A stretch of 63,340 nt of DNA, counting the filler, from Phoronis australis (taxonomy: Eukaryota; Animalia; Phoronida): assembly GCA_002633005.1 (NCBI GenBank). It is 8 parts of 8 records of this genome, joined end to end, with 100 filler letters (N's around TTAATTAATTAA, not from the genome) between each part and the next. Parts side by side here need not be neighbours in the genome. Positions count along the whole stretch, not along the records: positions 1 to 27,554 come from NMRA01000715.1; 7 more parts are not named here. The stretch is one strand, 5' to 3'. This document shows positions 1 to 10,800 of the stretch, one piece after another. The first letter of the stretch is position 1. Each line of letters starts with the position of its first letter. A program made the position numbers and the translations under genes. The notes beneath the pieces were generated by a model. That model saw only the letters and a list, made by a program, of their open reading frames with translations. It was not told the origin of the DNA and did no database searches.

Positions 1-358
1 GGTACCACAAAAAGTTCTATATACTGATCAATGCATGACATTGACCTTTAGTTTTCCCATCAGACAAAATACACTCTAGTTTGTGCCCGCCAGAAGCTCC
101 AAAACATCAAAAACGGCATGCGACTGAAAATTTGAGCTAGGTTAGATATTCGAGGTACCGGCTAAAACTAATTTAAATCGATCAATGGCGCCGCATTAAA
201 CACCGAATGACCCATGGCAAACAAATTGTATTCTGGAAAGTGTCCGCCAGAAACCCACAAATGACCCCCCAAAAATGATCTAGCTCATATATTCGAGATA
301 CTGCAAAGTCAATTCCATATGATTCAATGCATCCTACTGTCGATTAAATGGCCTATGA

Positions 359-581
359 GAGGAGGTAGTGTGGCCTCAGTGTGATAGGTGGCTGCTTTCT
401 TTACTCGAGGTCGTGGGTTCGAGTCCAACTGGGTTACACTGCTAAACCTTTGAGTCAGGTTTCTAGCTTATCAGCTCGGTTTTAACTATATATTAATAAA
501 GCATAAAAATGGTTCCAGGTGATCAGTGCAATGCGCCCACATGCCCGGCCTGCGCACGCCTGGTACAACGTGTATCAGACC

Positions 582-648
<67 letters not shown>
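359..648 (+). mobile_element. tRNA-derived SINE with (TA)n tail and 13-bp TSD
   Basis: A box TGGCCTCAGTG (371-381), B box GGTTCGAGTCC (416-426); body repeated at 34053-34199; TSD AAATG(G/A)CCTATGA at 346-358 and 649-661. Confidence 0.85.
582..648. repeat. (TA)n microsatellite (SINE tail)
   Basis: Direct reading. Confidence 0.97.
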
Positions 649-652
<4 letters not shown>

Positions 653-1127
653 GACCTATGACCGACAAAATACACACTGGATTGTGCCAGCCAAAAACCC
701 CTAACAATTCCAACCAACTGGTATGCCACCGAACACTTGATCTAAATTATATATTTGAGGTATCGGTTAAAGTTAATTTTAAACGAATAATCGTATCGCA
801 CTGAACACCGAATGACCCACGACAGACAACCTGCATTTTGAAAATGATCCGGGCGGACTAACACTGCTACAGTTTTGCCACATTCTGTCTTGAATAATAC
901 CCATTGCTTTCATAACCTAATATCCTATATTACAGAACAGTTGATCAAAACGACAATTTTATCGATGTTGTTTATTTAGATTGCAAAAATGCAGATCCCA
1001 ACTGTAGATTTATCCCTTTAGTTAATTTGAAATTCGGAATCACATATGTTTAAATGTCATTCTCCACAAGTCGCACAGAAAAAGGCGGTACATAAATTTT
1101 GATTCGTTATATAATCATTTTCCAAAT

Positions 1128-2085
1128 TGCACCGGAAGAGGTCATTTGGTGCAATGGTCATATAATTTTCAAAATGCTACTTCTTTTTTATTTTAAAAGC
1201 GATTCTTTTCAAATTCGGTACACAGGTATAAGTCCATAAGGCAATTTAAAAAATTACTTTTCTAAGTAATCGGGTCATCAAATCAGGTTAAACAGGTCAA
1301 AGGTCATTAGGTGCAAACCGAGAATTTGAGCTAGACACTTCAAATTCACAGGTTTGATTGGCACAGGTAATTCAATTTGGAATCCAAAGTTTCAGGTCAT
1401 TTAGTACAAACATGGGGTCATTAGGTGCATTTTTCTTCTGAAAATTTGACCTTCTCATTCACCAAGTATTCTGATATGTCAACTGTTAGACAACTGTGAC
1501 TCTCAGCATAAAACACATTTTTCATGGGCTTTGCAACAATTCTCCTCAAGACGCTTATAATGCACCGGATAGGGTCAATTAGTGCAAAGGTCATCTAACG
1601 TTCAAAACGTTTTATCTCACGTTTTTCAAGGAATTCTTTTCAATTTCAGCACACTGGGGTAAGTCAACATGCCAACTGAATACCCTACTTTACTACGCAA
1701 TAGGCCTAACCAATCAGAAAAAATAGGTCAAAGGTCACTGAGTGCAAATTAAAAATTTTGAGCTAGACACTTCAAATTCACAGGTCTGATTGCCAAAGGT
1801 AATTCAATTCGAAATTCAAAGTTTCAAGTCATTTAGTGCAGCCATGGGGTAACTAGGTGCATTTTTCTTCTGACAGTTTGACCAATTCATTCATGTTGTA
1901 TTCTAAAGTGCTTAAAGTAAAACATCTGTGATTCTTAGCATTAACCACACTTTTAATCGTGTTCACAATTATTCCCTCATCCGGGCTCATAATGCATCGA
2001 AAGAGGTCAATTAGTGGAAAGGTCATTAAAATATTAATATGTTATCTTTCCTACAATTTTAAAGAATTCCTTTTCAAATTGGTTA
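1128..2085. repeat. Tandem repeat, 432-bp period, ~2.2 copies, rich in AGGTCA/GGGTCA
   Basis: TTTGAGCTAGACACTTCAAATTCACAGG at 1325 and 1757; unit starts near 1130, 1563, 1995. Confidence 0.85.
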
Positions 2086-2142
2086 ACAGGTTGCTGTCAG
2101 TAACTTCCGATAACAATTCGTTTCATACACACGCGCAGAGTC

Positions 2143-3334
2143 CAAGAATTTCGCGCCAATTTCTTTCCATATAGTCTGACTGTGAGAGCAGTCGAATCAG
2201 TCATTGTTCTACCTCGGTTGTGATAAGTTCGGTCGTCGTTTGCTTTTAATTAAAAGTCAGTCAACATGCCACGCTGATGCAGCGTACTGGGGTGTACTCA
2301 TTATCGTCTTACGTACAGAGGAAGAACTGTCCCACTTGCCCGAGTTTCCAGTGTCACACTCCCGCTGGAGGGTTATCTGAGCACCCAAACTGCTTACATC
2401 CCGCCGTATGACTCCCTCGCCACACACCTGGCACCTTCCAAATAGCTCCAATACAAGTCCACAATAAACTTATCCAACTTAGGCTCACCGATCTGTTCAT
2501 TGGATGACGAACTGTCCTCTTCATTGGGTGTCGAACTGGGCCTGAATTCACTCCCACTACTCACCATCGCTACAGGGCTGCTTATAGGCTCTGGGCTAGA
2601 GACAACAGCACACAGGGCGAATCACTGATAGTTCCCGGAATTGCACGCAATGGGGGTACGTTCGGAGGCACGGGTGACAGTAGATGAAGTGCCTCCAGTC
2701 GTTGTATATAGTGGCCACAGCTCGCGAGGCTTTTCGCTTCAAAAACACACTTCTCGGGGTTGGCGACGGGGCACTGCCGGGAATCAACAGCGACGGTATG
2801 GTACCCTTCTTCAGGCGTTGTTTCGCAGGGACCTTCATCAATTCAGCGTACATATTTGTCACAATCTGACGGCAGAAAATGCTTACCAAACACTCGGTAA
2901 ACCTCCATTGCTTTGTACGTTGCGTGGACGGGTAGTGCTGCGTTCTTCACATGAACGAGCTAGCCAAGTACGCCGAAGTGTGTCATCCTTCGGAAAGCGA
3001 CGCAAGGTATCCAAAGCTCGTTTGAGACGATAATGAGTACATCCCGGCACGCAGCAACAGCGTGGCATGTTGACTGACTTGTAAACAAAAGCAAACGACC
3101 ACCGAACTTATCACAAACGAGGTAGAACAATGACTGAGTCGACAGCTCTCACAGTCAAACTTTAATGAAAAGAAATTGGCGAGAAACTCTTGCCTCCCAA
3201 AACGTCACTTCCGGAGTAGAGGACGAGAAATTAATCAAATTACGAAAACCTGTAATTAAGTGATAAATGTGTCTGGAATAATCAACGAATCTTATTTTTG
3301 CTAAGTGTGACATAACAAACGGTTGCCCTCGCCT
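2143..3334 (-). mobile_element. Decayed THAP-domain DNA transposon (Kolobok-like) with ~170-bp internal inverted repeat
   Basis: Frameshifted THAP (MPRCCCVPGC...FPKDDTLRRTW...GKHF...RLKKGTIPSL) followed by KFIV...LELFGRCQVCG; terminus TTAA|AGGCGAGGGCAACC at 3338-3321; IR 2143-2312 vs 3022-3192. Confidence 0.75.
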
Positions 3335-4379
3335 TTAAATGTCTGGTTTTTGAGCGACCGCGAAGACTGCCTGTAGTCGGCGTCTTCTGAATTTAAAATA
3401 ATGGAATCGCACACATGTGTACACTCGTGCATTTCAAACCACCAATCCACAATCAAAGTGGACACTTGATAAACAACATATTTAGCGATCACTTTGAATT
3501 CAAAATTTGAAAATGCTCGCACTTTACCGTAATTCTAGCACTGAGTACACCTATTTTCTGCTGGTTTGTTTTTTTGGTCAATTTTAAGTCATTCAGACCG
3601 CATTACTTTTTGGGAGCCCTCTCGCTGCTATATAGCTTAGCTACGCATAAACATTTACTTCCTGACTTCTTTGTTACCCTATGCTGTGGCCACCAAGCGC
3701 ATTCAATGCCGATTAATAACATAAAGCCTCCTGCAATCGTCTGCACGATCTTATCATCTACGCAAACACAACTGGTGCGAAGTTGACCGGGTACGGACCG
3801 ATGATTAGGTGACGCTCTTTGAATCAGAGTCAAGTTCAAAATTATTACTAACTTAGTTATCATTGTAGTTAGTATAACATAGTTATGTACGGTTAGTATA
3901 ATTTAGTTATTATTGTATGTAATCGTTCTAGAAGCTGAAAAAGTATTTTGTCGTTGTTGTCCATCTATGTTCTACCTTTAACTGATAGGCTGGGGCTGGA
4001 CCTTTTCTGCGGGGGGGTGCGATCGGATACCCGAACCGCCCCTGGCTACGGGCCTGTGTAAGCTACTGACAAGTATCAGTGAGTCGAGGCAGACAACTTG
4101 AAATAAAATAACAGTAACGTATATTTATGCAGCCTATCTCATGAATTTTTATTTGATATCTCAGTTAAAGATTGGAAACTAGCTCAAAGAAGAATAAGAT
4201 ATATTAAACATAAAAACAAACTAAACAATTGGATGGCACATAGTATTCTCAAATCCATCAAATATGGAGAAATTTTGGAGATTAAAAGTAAATCGCACAT
4301 AGAGCTTTTCAACAATTTAACTCAAAACTTTAAAAAAACTTATATGGACATGTACCAGAACATTTGCAAGCTTACAGTC

Positions 4380-4630
4380 AAAATACTATCTAGAGAACAT
4401 ATTGGTATCGTAAAATCGGAGAAGCAGTCCGAATAATGCGCAATAAACCAAAATGGAACAGAGACAGTGGATATGAATTACAAGCTATTTACCAACGCCT
4501 TCTCACAGGTAACGGCCACCAGGTGATGCTGGACAACCACAAAGGATCACCCACTAGTGACCATGTGACACGAAGATTCCCGCCAGTACCCCAACAAGGT
4601 GCCCAGGACAGGCTCGAAAGCCACGTTTTC
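4380..4630 (+). mobile_element. Penelope-like retroelement 3' fragment
   Basis: ILSREH / WYRKIGEAVRIMRNKPKWNRDSGYELQAIYQRLL resembles the C-terminal end of Penelope GIY-YIG ORFs; one frameshift. Confidence 0.65.
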
Positions 4631-4699
4631 AAAAACAAACAGGTCGTCAATAGGTAACTACCCTATCCCCTATACAACAGGAAGTATTGAATATCACAG

Positions 4700-4834
4700 T
4701 TAACTATTCGTATTTTGTCTTTTCCAGTACCAAATCTGTCTTGTGTAATTGTAACACTCCACCAAAGAGATGTGATCCCCGCTTGCTGATAGTTGTAAGC
4801 AATGACCCGTACTGACGTGACGTATCTGTCCTCC
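4700..4834 (-). CDS. GALNT: GALNT exon 11 (ricin gamma repeat, stop)
   Basis: [44 protein letters not shown]; TTTCTAG acceptor, phase 0. Confidence 0.9.
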   Translation of the reverse strand, partial: GGQIRHVSTGHCLQLSASGDHISLVECYNYTRQIWYWKRQNTNS

Positions 4835-7800
4835 CTAGAAATAGAAGCTCTTGGGTAGAGCAATGATAGATTTTAAGAAGATACTTTATGCAAAGTCAAT
4901 GTTCAGCTCACAATAGGAAGGCAAAACTCAACATTGCATATCAGACGCCGGCATTGGAGCGTCGCATTCATTAAATTCGGTAATTACAAACGATGTGGTA
5001 TCAGTTTTGCGAGTTTGGCTTGGCCTAATTAGCGCTGTTTGGTGCTGGTTGCTATTTTTTCACCATCTTGGTTTTGGATTGCTCGGAACTGAAACTAGAC
5101 AAGATTTTACGAGTTTTCATAAAGCTTAGATTTTTTTAAGATTACTGGCATTTGATTGGAAATGTTTCAGCTTTTTCCGGGGACACTGAATTTCTTCAAC
5201 TATTGTTAGAGAATGTAAGGACACGAGATCTTGATTCAATTCGAATTTGAATTTTATGAGTCTTATTTGTCAACCTTGGATCTAGAGGAATTTTGAAGCG
5301 ATACTAAACCCTGTTTTGATGATTTCCACCTACTCGTTCTGTCAAAACAAAAATACGATAGTCTTCAACCTGTCACCTACCGGTTCATAGGACCATTCCT
5401 GAGGCCCTCTGTTGTAATGACATCTGTACAGTATGACGTCAATTCCTGTGTAATCCAGACAAAAATCGTCTCGTCTGATTTGTCCAATCTTACTAAGATA
5501 CCACACCTGGGATAGGTAATTAAACAGGACTTATAAATTCGTGTAGTAAGATTAAAATGGAAGTTAAAATTTTCAAAATTTCTGTGAAAATCTGGCTATA
5601 GCTAGTTTTTGTAAAAGCAAGATTCACAGTTAAGGCTAGTAATATTGATCAAATAAACAAGCGCACATGCTTCTCGGTGCTGTCCCCTAACAACATTTAC
5701 AATCGTGCAGCCACACTTTCAGAGTTTATCGCGCATGCGCTCCCATTACTTCGTCAGAAACACCGAGACTACAGCACTGAGCACACATACACACAATTTA
5801 TTTGATTAGAAAATCCTAAATCTCCAGTGTTTCTATAATCTACTGACTTCAATGAGCTGTTTCTGTGTAAGCATTCACTGTTTTCGGTTGTCTTGGGTGT
5901 CCACAAAATGAACTTCTAAGACAGAGTTTAAGTTGCATACATGTATTTTCTCATAACTCGTCGAGTGTTTGCGAGAGCTTGTACACTTACCTGATTCCCG
6001 CCCTGTCCGTGGCAAATGTAAGTTTGTATTTTCTTATTCAGCTCACCAACTCCAGCGGGGCTATCCACGCACATGTTCTTAGCTGCATTTCTTATCTGAA
6101 AGTGATAAACAGGAAACAATCACAACATGTTGTCACAAAGCGTTTCACAAGATGTTATGGAATTTGCATAATAAGACTTGTCTATGATCCACGAGACGTT
6201 CAGTCAGTAATAGGCCATAGTCCATTCGACTCTAAGAAGCCTAGAAAATCACTTCCGTGGCGACTTTTTGGGGGCAACATAATTTTGGTGTTTTAAGGTC
6301 ATTAAGTAGTATACTTTAAGAATCTAAAAACTTCCTAAGGTTTGACTTGCACGTTTTCGAGAAAATTGACCTAAAAAATCAGACTTTTTGCAAAATTAGA
6401 CACAGAAACCAAATCTTCAAAAACCAAAAACACTAGACAAAAACTGAATGATAATCTGATTGGGTTTTGTTCATTTGAAGTTATTGAACAAGGAAAGTGA
6501 TAAATATTATGACATTAGGCGGAAAACTGCTCAAAAAGAGAAAATTAAAAGTAAAATTTTAGCAGCGCCTCCTGTTGGCCAGAAAACGTTCTACTGTATT
6601 CTGAACTCGTATACTGTTAACCATTTAGAACTTGATAAAGATTTGACATCACAACCTACATGTGAACACCATACATTTCCAATGGTTATGTAACAAATTT
6701 TCTGTCATCAATTTCATTAATTGTCTTAATTAATTAAAATTATCCCACATTGCACCTCACTGTCAACTGTCACAGGGAACGAAACACCGAGCAGCGTCAG
6801 TAATGATCATGATAAAATGTTGTCCATATTTTCCATTAGGTTGAAATTTAAAGTTCTTTAACAATATAACATACACTTATTATGTTTCTTCATCCACTCC
6901 ATCATCATTTATATCATCATTATTGTCATCAAAAGTTGTTTTTTGACTGAGACACCATGTTCACACAGTCTGGACAGTCACACAACTTAGAACATGGCAT
7001 GCCTGACTCCAAACAAGAGCACATTTTTTTACTATAACCACTTCTTTTATACTTGCCATTAACATTTTTCATGGCATTTTCTGGGGCTAAAGGCAAAGTC
7101 ATTCAGTGGAGCATCAGACTACCCCGCTCTAAAAGCCACCCATTTGCAACTGGAGATGGTGCACTGATACATTATGTTGCGGCAAGGCTCGTTTGTGAAT
7201 GACACACTGGTGGTTTGCTCTTTTAGCATGTAGCAGCAAACAATCATGATGGGAAGGCAGATCACAGATTTCAACCTGAATATTTTGTAGCGTGCTTTGT
7301 TAACTGTTGATGACTCGCCGCAAAGCTTGCATACAAACGGTTCAATGTCTTCCATGAGTTAATAAACCAGGAAACACAAATTTTGAGCCCACCTTTATGC
7401 CAAAGACAAAGTTAAAAAAATATCTGCAAGCCTGCACCCTACCCTAAATATAAAAAAAAGTTTTGACAACCTGAATACCGTTTCATCTAAACACTTTGTT
7501 ACAGTAATCCTATTTAACTGAAATAGATAACCAAAATAATCTTCACTTTAGCACACAGTATGGCCAACAACTGAATTTCATTTTGTCTAAGTGCTCATCA
7601 AAAATAAGCATTAAGAGAAATTAGCATCATTCCTAGCATTGGTTGCACTGTGCAGCTGCCTTCAAACAATTTAAAACATAGAAACATTTTTATCATCCTT
7701 AATACAGTAGTTCAGCCTTTGAAAGATAGAGGAATGTTCATGTTGGCAATAGTTTTTGTTTGAAATTGAAAAGCCGTAGAGCTAAAATTTCATTCGACGC

Positions 7801-10800
7801 TTCATAATTGGAAGCAGGGCTAGAAATAACGAGCTGCAGGTCGCATTTGCGACCTGAAATTTGCAAATGCGAGCTGAGATTTTTGTTAGCTCGTATCAAG
7901 TCGCAAAATGCGACCTGGAATTTCCAACGAATGCGAGCTGAGTTTTTACACTTCTCGGCAGATACCTGGCAAATATAAAGCAACTCTTGTTAATCCAACC
8001 GTGATTTGGTTGTTGCCAAATCCAAGTTCAAAAGAACACTAACCGAGAACAGCCCTCCTTATGTCTTGTAAGCAAGTCGCGTGAACATGGGATATGCAGA
8101 ATCTTTGACGCGTTTCATTGGCTAACATTTTCGGCCACTTTTGCAAATTTCCGGATTCGCCGAAGAAAGTTTCGGGCAACTGCATAACACGTGATCAAAC
8201 GTCACAAAACAGCAGTGTTTCTATTAATTCTTAAGCGATCAACTTACCAAACTCTGTGGTGAACAAATATGTTTATTTTTCGCGTAAGATGTCCTTATTT
8301 CATGTACCAAATATCCACGACAATATCCCTGATATTGCAATGCGGCACTGCATCGGTCCCGTTAGCGCGCAAGCGGTCCCGGCAGACAATCGTGACTTAG
8401 AGATGTGCGTCTCATTGTTATCGCATAAGACAGCCAAAGTGAAAATAACAGCCCTATTAATCGCCAAAACGACGGCCACGTCTTTAGTTTCAGTTGCCAA
8501 GAAATTCTCAAACCCTTTACTTGTTTCTGGGGCTATACGACGTGTGCGAAAAGGCTTTCACATGATGTTGCCAACGTAAAGTGTAGGCCTACTCCAGAGA
8601 TTCAAGTGCGTGAACTCACGCGTTCGCACCACACCAAAGCTGCGCTCAAAAGAGAACAGCGACAGTCCTAAATGAAAGAGTATACTGTCTTGGCTCTGTT
8701 AAACACCCGGGTGCCAGTGGTTTATTTGGAAATGAACTCATAGAATCCCGGCGGTTACAAAAGACCCGATGCCTTACGATATTCCACGGGACCAATATAA
8801 CCCAGAACAGATATTTTCCTGTCCCCATGTTTCCCGAGGTCGAGGTTCCGTAAACCCTATATTCTATACCCGTAGCCAGATATTGCAACTGAACGGATAC
8901 TATAGATGCAAAATTGTGGTTAGCGAACTTTTTATTCTTCTCTTCATACACCCCCCGCAACTTTTCGCTCCCCGGACCACCGTTGCCGTAATGTTCAGAC
9001 TCCAATAGAAACAATCTTGTTCCGCCTGAAGCGGTCAATTAAAAACAAAATTATTCCGGATGTCTAAAAATGGTACAGTGTAGGTGGTAAAGAAATAGAG
9101 AAAGTCACCCCTACTAGATGGAGTTTGCCTCGCAAAATCGTATTATTATAACGTTTCTTACCATCGCAGTCTTTTAATATCTTATTACTGCAAACACTCA
9201 GGTTAACGACTATGCTCACGTACAAGCCTACTCCCTACCTTTGAAGAGTTTCATAAGCGCTCACTGATCGATCTACTAAGCTGTCCCCCTCAACGTTTGA
9301 GAATTTCCAATTAAGCGCCCACAGTTCAGGCTAGCGCCCACCATAGCGCACTACAAACGACGGCGCAGCCTATATGGTGAGTCACTCTCATTTTACACAA
9401 CAAATTCAGTTTTCAAAAAACGTCTTTTCTCACTATTTAAAAACTAAATTCCGGCTTTGTTGTTAACACTAGTGCCGTTTTGTGACTGACCTATTTTTCT
9501 CGTACTGTAAAGGTATTGAGGAGCAAACTCGCCATTACCCGATGGAAACCCGCACGGAGGGAGTCGGAAATTATTTCGAGGTTATATTCATTTCATGGAA
9601 AACTAATTGTTGAGTACGTAAACAGCATAAGTACCACATTTTTGTTGTGAAATTTGCACTGAATTGTTCCCGCGCATCCAAAGAGGTCATTCGGTTAGGG
9701 CATCGTTTCACGGATTTTTTTCGACTGATGTTTTTCAAACGTCGATTTTTAAGTTGCAAAATTTGGGCTTCGAACAAAAAGTGGAGGGAATTTGCACTCC
9801 AAGTAAGTTTGAATCTTTAACAACTTTGATGACAGCCAGTAGCAGGTCAGACCCAGCGAAATCCCGTATACTTTTTCAACGGGCATTTTCTCGCTTTTCA
9901 CATCGCAAAATTAGCTACTCGAATGTACGTGTCAGCGAGAGATCACTGATTCAACTTTCACGACGGCAACTTGCTTTGCGCTTTAGAGCCTTCCAAAAGC
10001 GGTCGTGAAGAACAGTAACGCCGTACCTGCATGAACGAAGTCAATTTTGCAGTCTGAAATTTGTGAGTAGGTAAGAGTATAATCTAAAAATTTTCTAGAT
10101 GATCTAAAAATCAAATTTAGCGCATAAAATGGTGGGAAAATTTTACGACCTGGCATTTATGAATGCGAGCTGGATTTTAAAAATGCGACCTGGCGATTTT
10201 AATAGCGTCGAGCCCTGAGAAGAGTAAAAATTTTCCTTTGCTAAAAACTCTAATTCAAGAATCTTCAAAATGTGAGATACTGAAATCTGCGCAACATTTG
10301 AATTTTCAAGATAAATTAAATTTTACATAACACAGGCAATATTTCCATTTTTATATTTCTCAAATTCCAAACACTGCTCATGATTTTACATAAAAGGATC
10401 TCAAAATAAGCTTAGAAGTTCATAAAAAGCAGTGCTGATCACTCACATGTAGGTAAAAACTACTGCCAGCACATTTGAGATTGAGACCACTATTACTACA
10501 AATTTATCAAGAAAAGTAATGTTTGTTCTGTGACCTCAACTAAAGATTATTTAACATAAATGACACTTTTTCAAATTAAGAATAGGTAGGCGTATTTACA
10601 ATTGAATGTTTGGAACTGGGATAGGTTTTCAACTTTTCTTTTGTTTGTGAAGTTCCCCTGTGATGAAATTTGATTTGTGGCAAATGGTTCATTGTGGTGG
10701 CAAGACACATACAGTATATTTCTTTGAGCACCGTTTAATTATACATGTAACTGACAATGACAATCTCCTTAATTTTCTAGTGGGCTCAACATTATTTCCA

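Larger units (their letters stand above)
1..850. repeat. Degenerate tandem array, ~300-bp units, interrupted by a SINE
   Basis: Block ATATTCGAGGTAC...CACCGAATGACCCA...CAAA at ~146-257 and ~752-850; same family at 43020-43440. Confidence 0.75.

Noticed and set aside
359-445. Possible tRNA gene
   Set aside because: A and B boxes are present but I could not fold a convincing cloverleaf; it has a repeated body, a (TA)n tail and a TSD, so it is a SINE.
486-729. ORFs with YIYIYI runs
   Set aside because: Translation of the (TA)n microsatellite.
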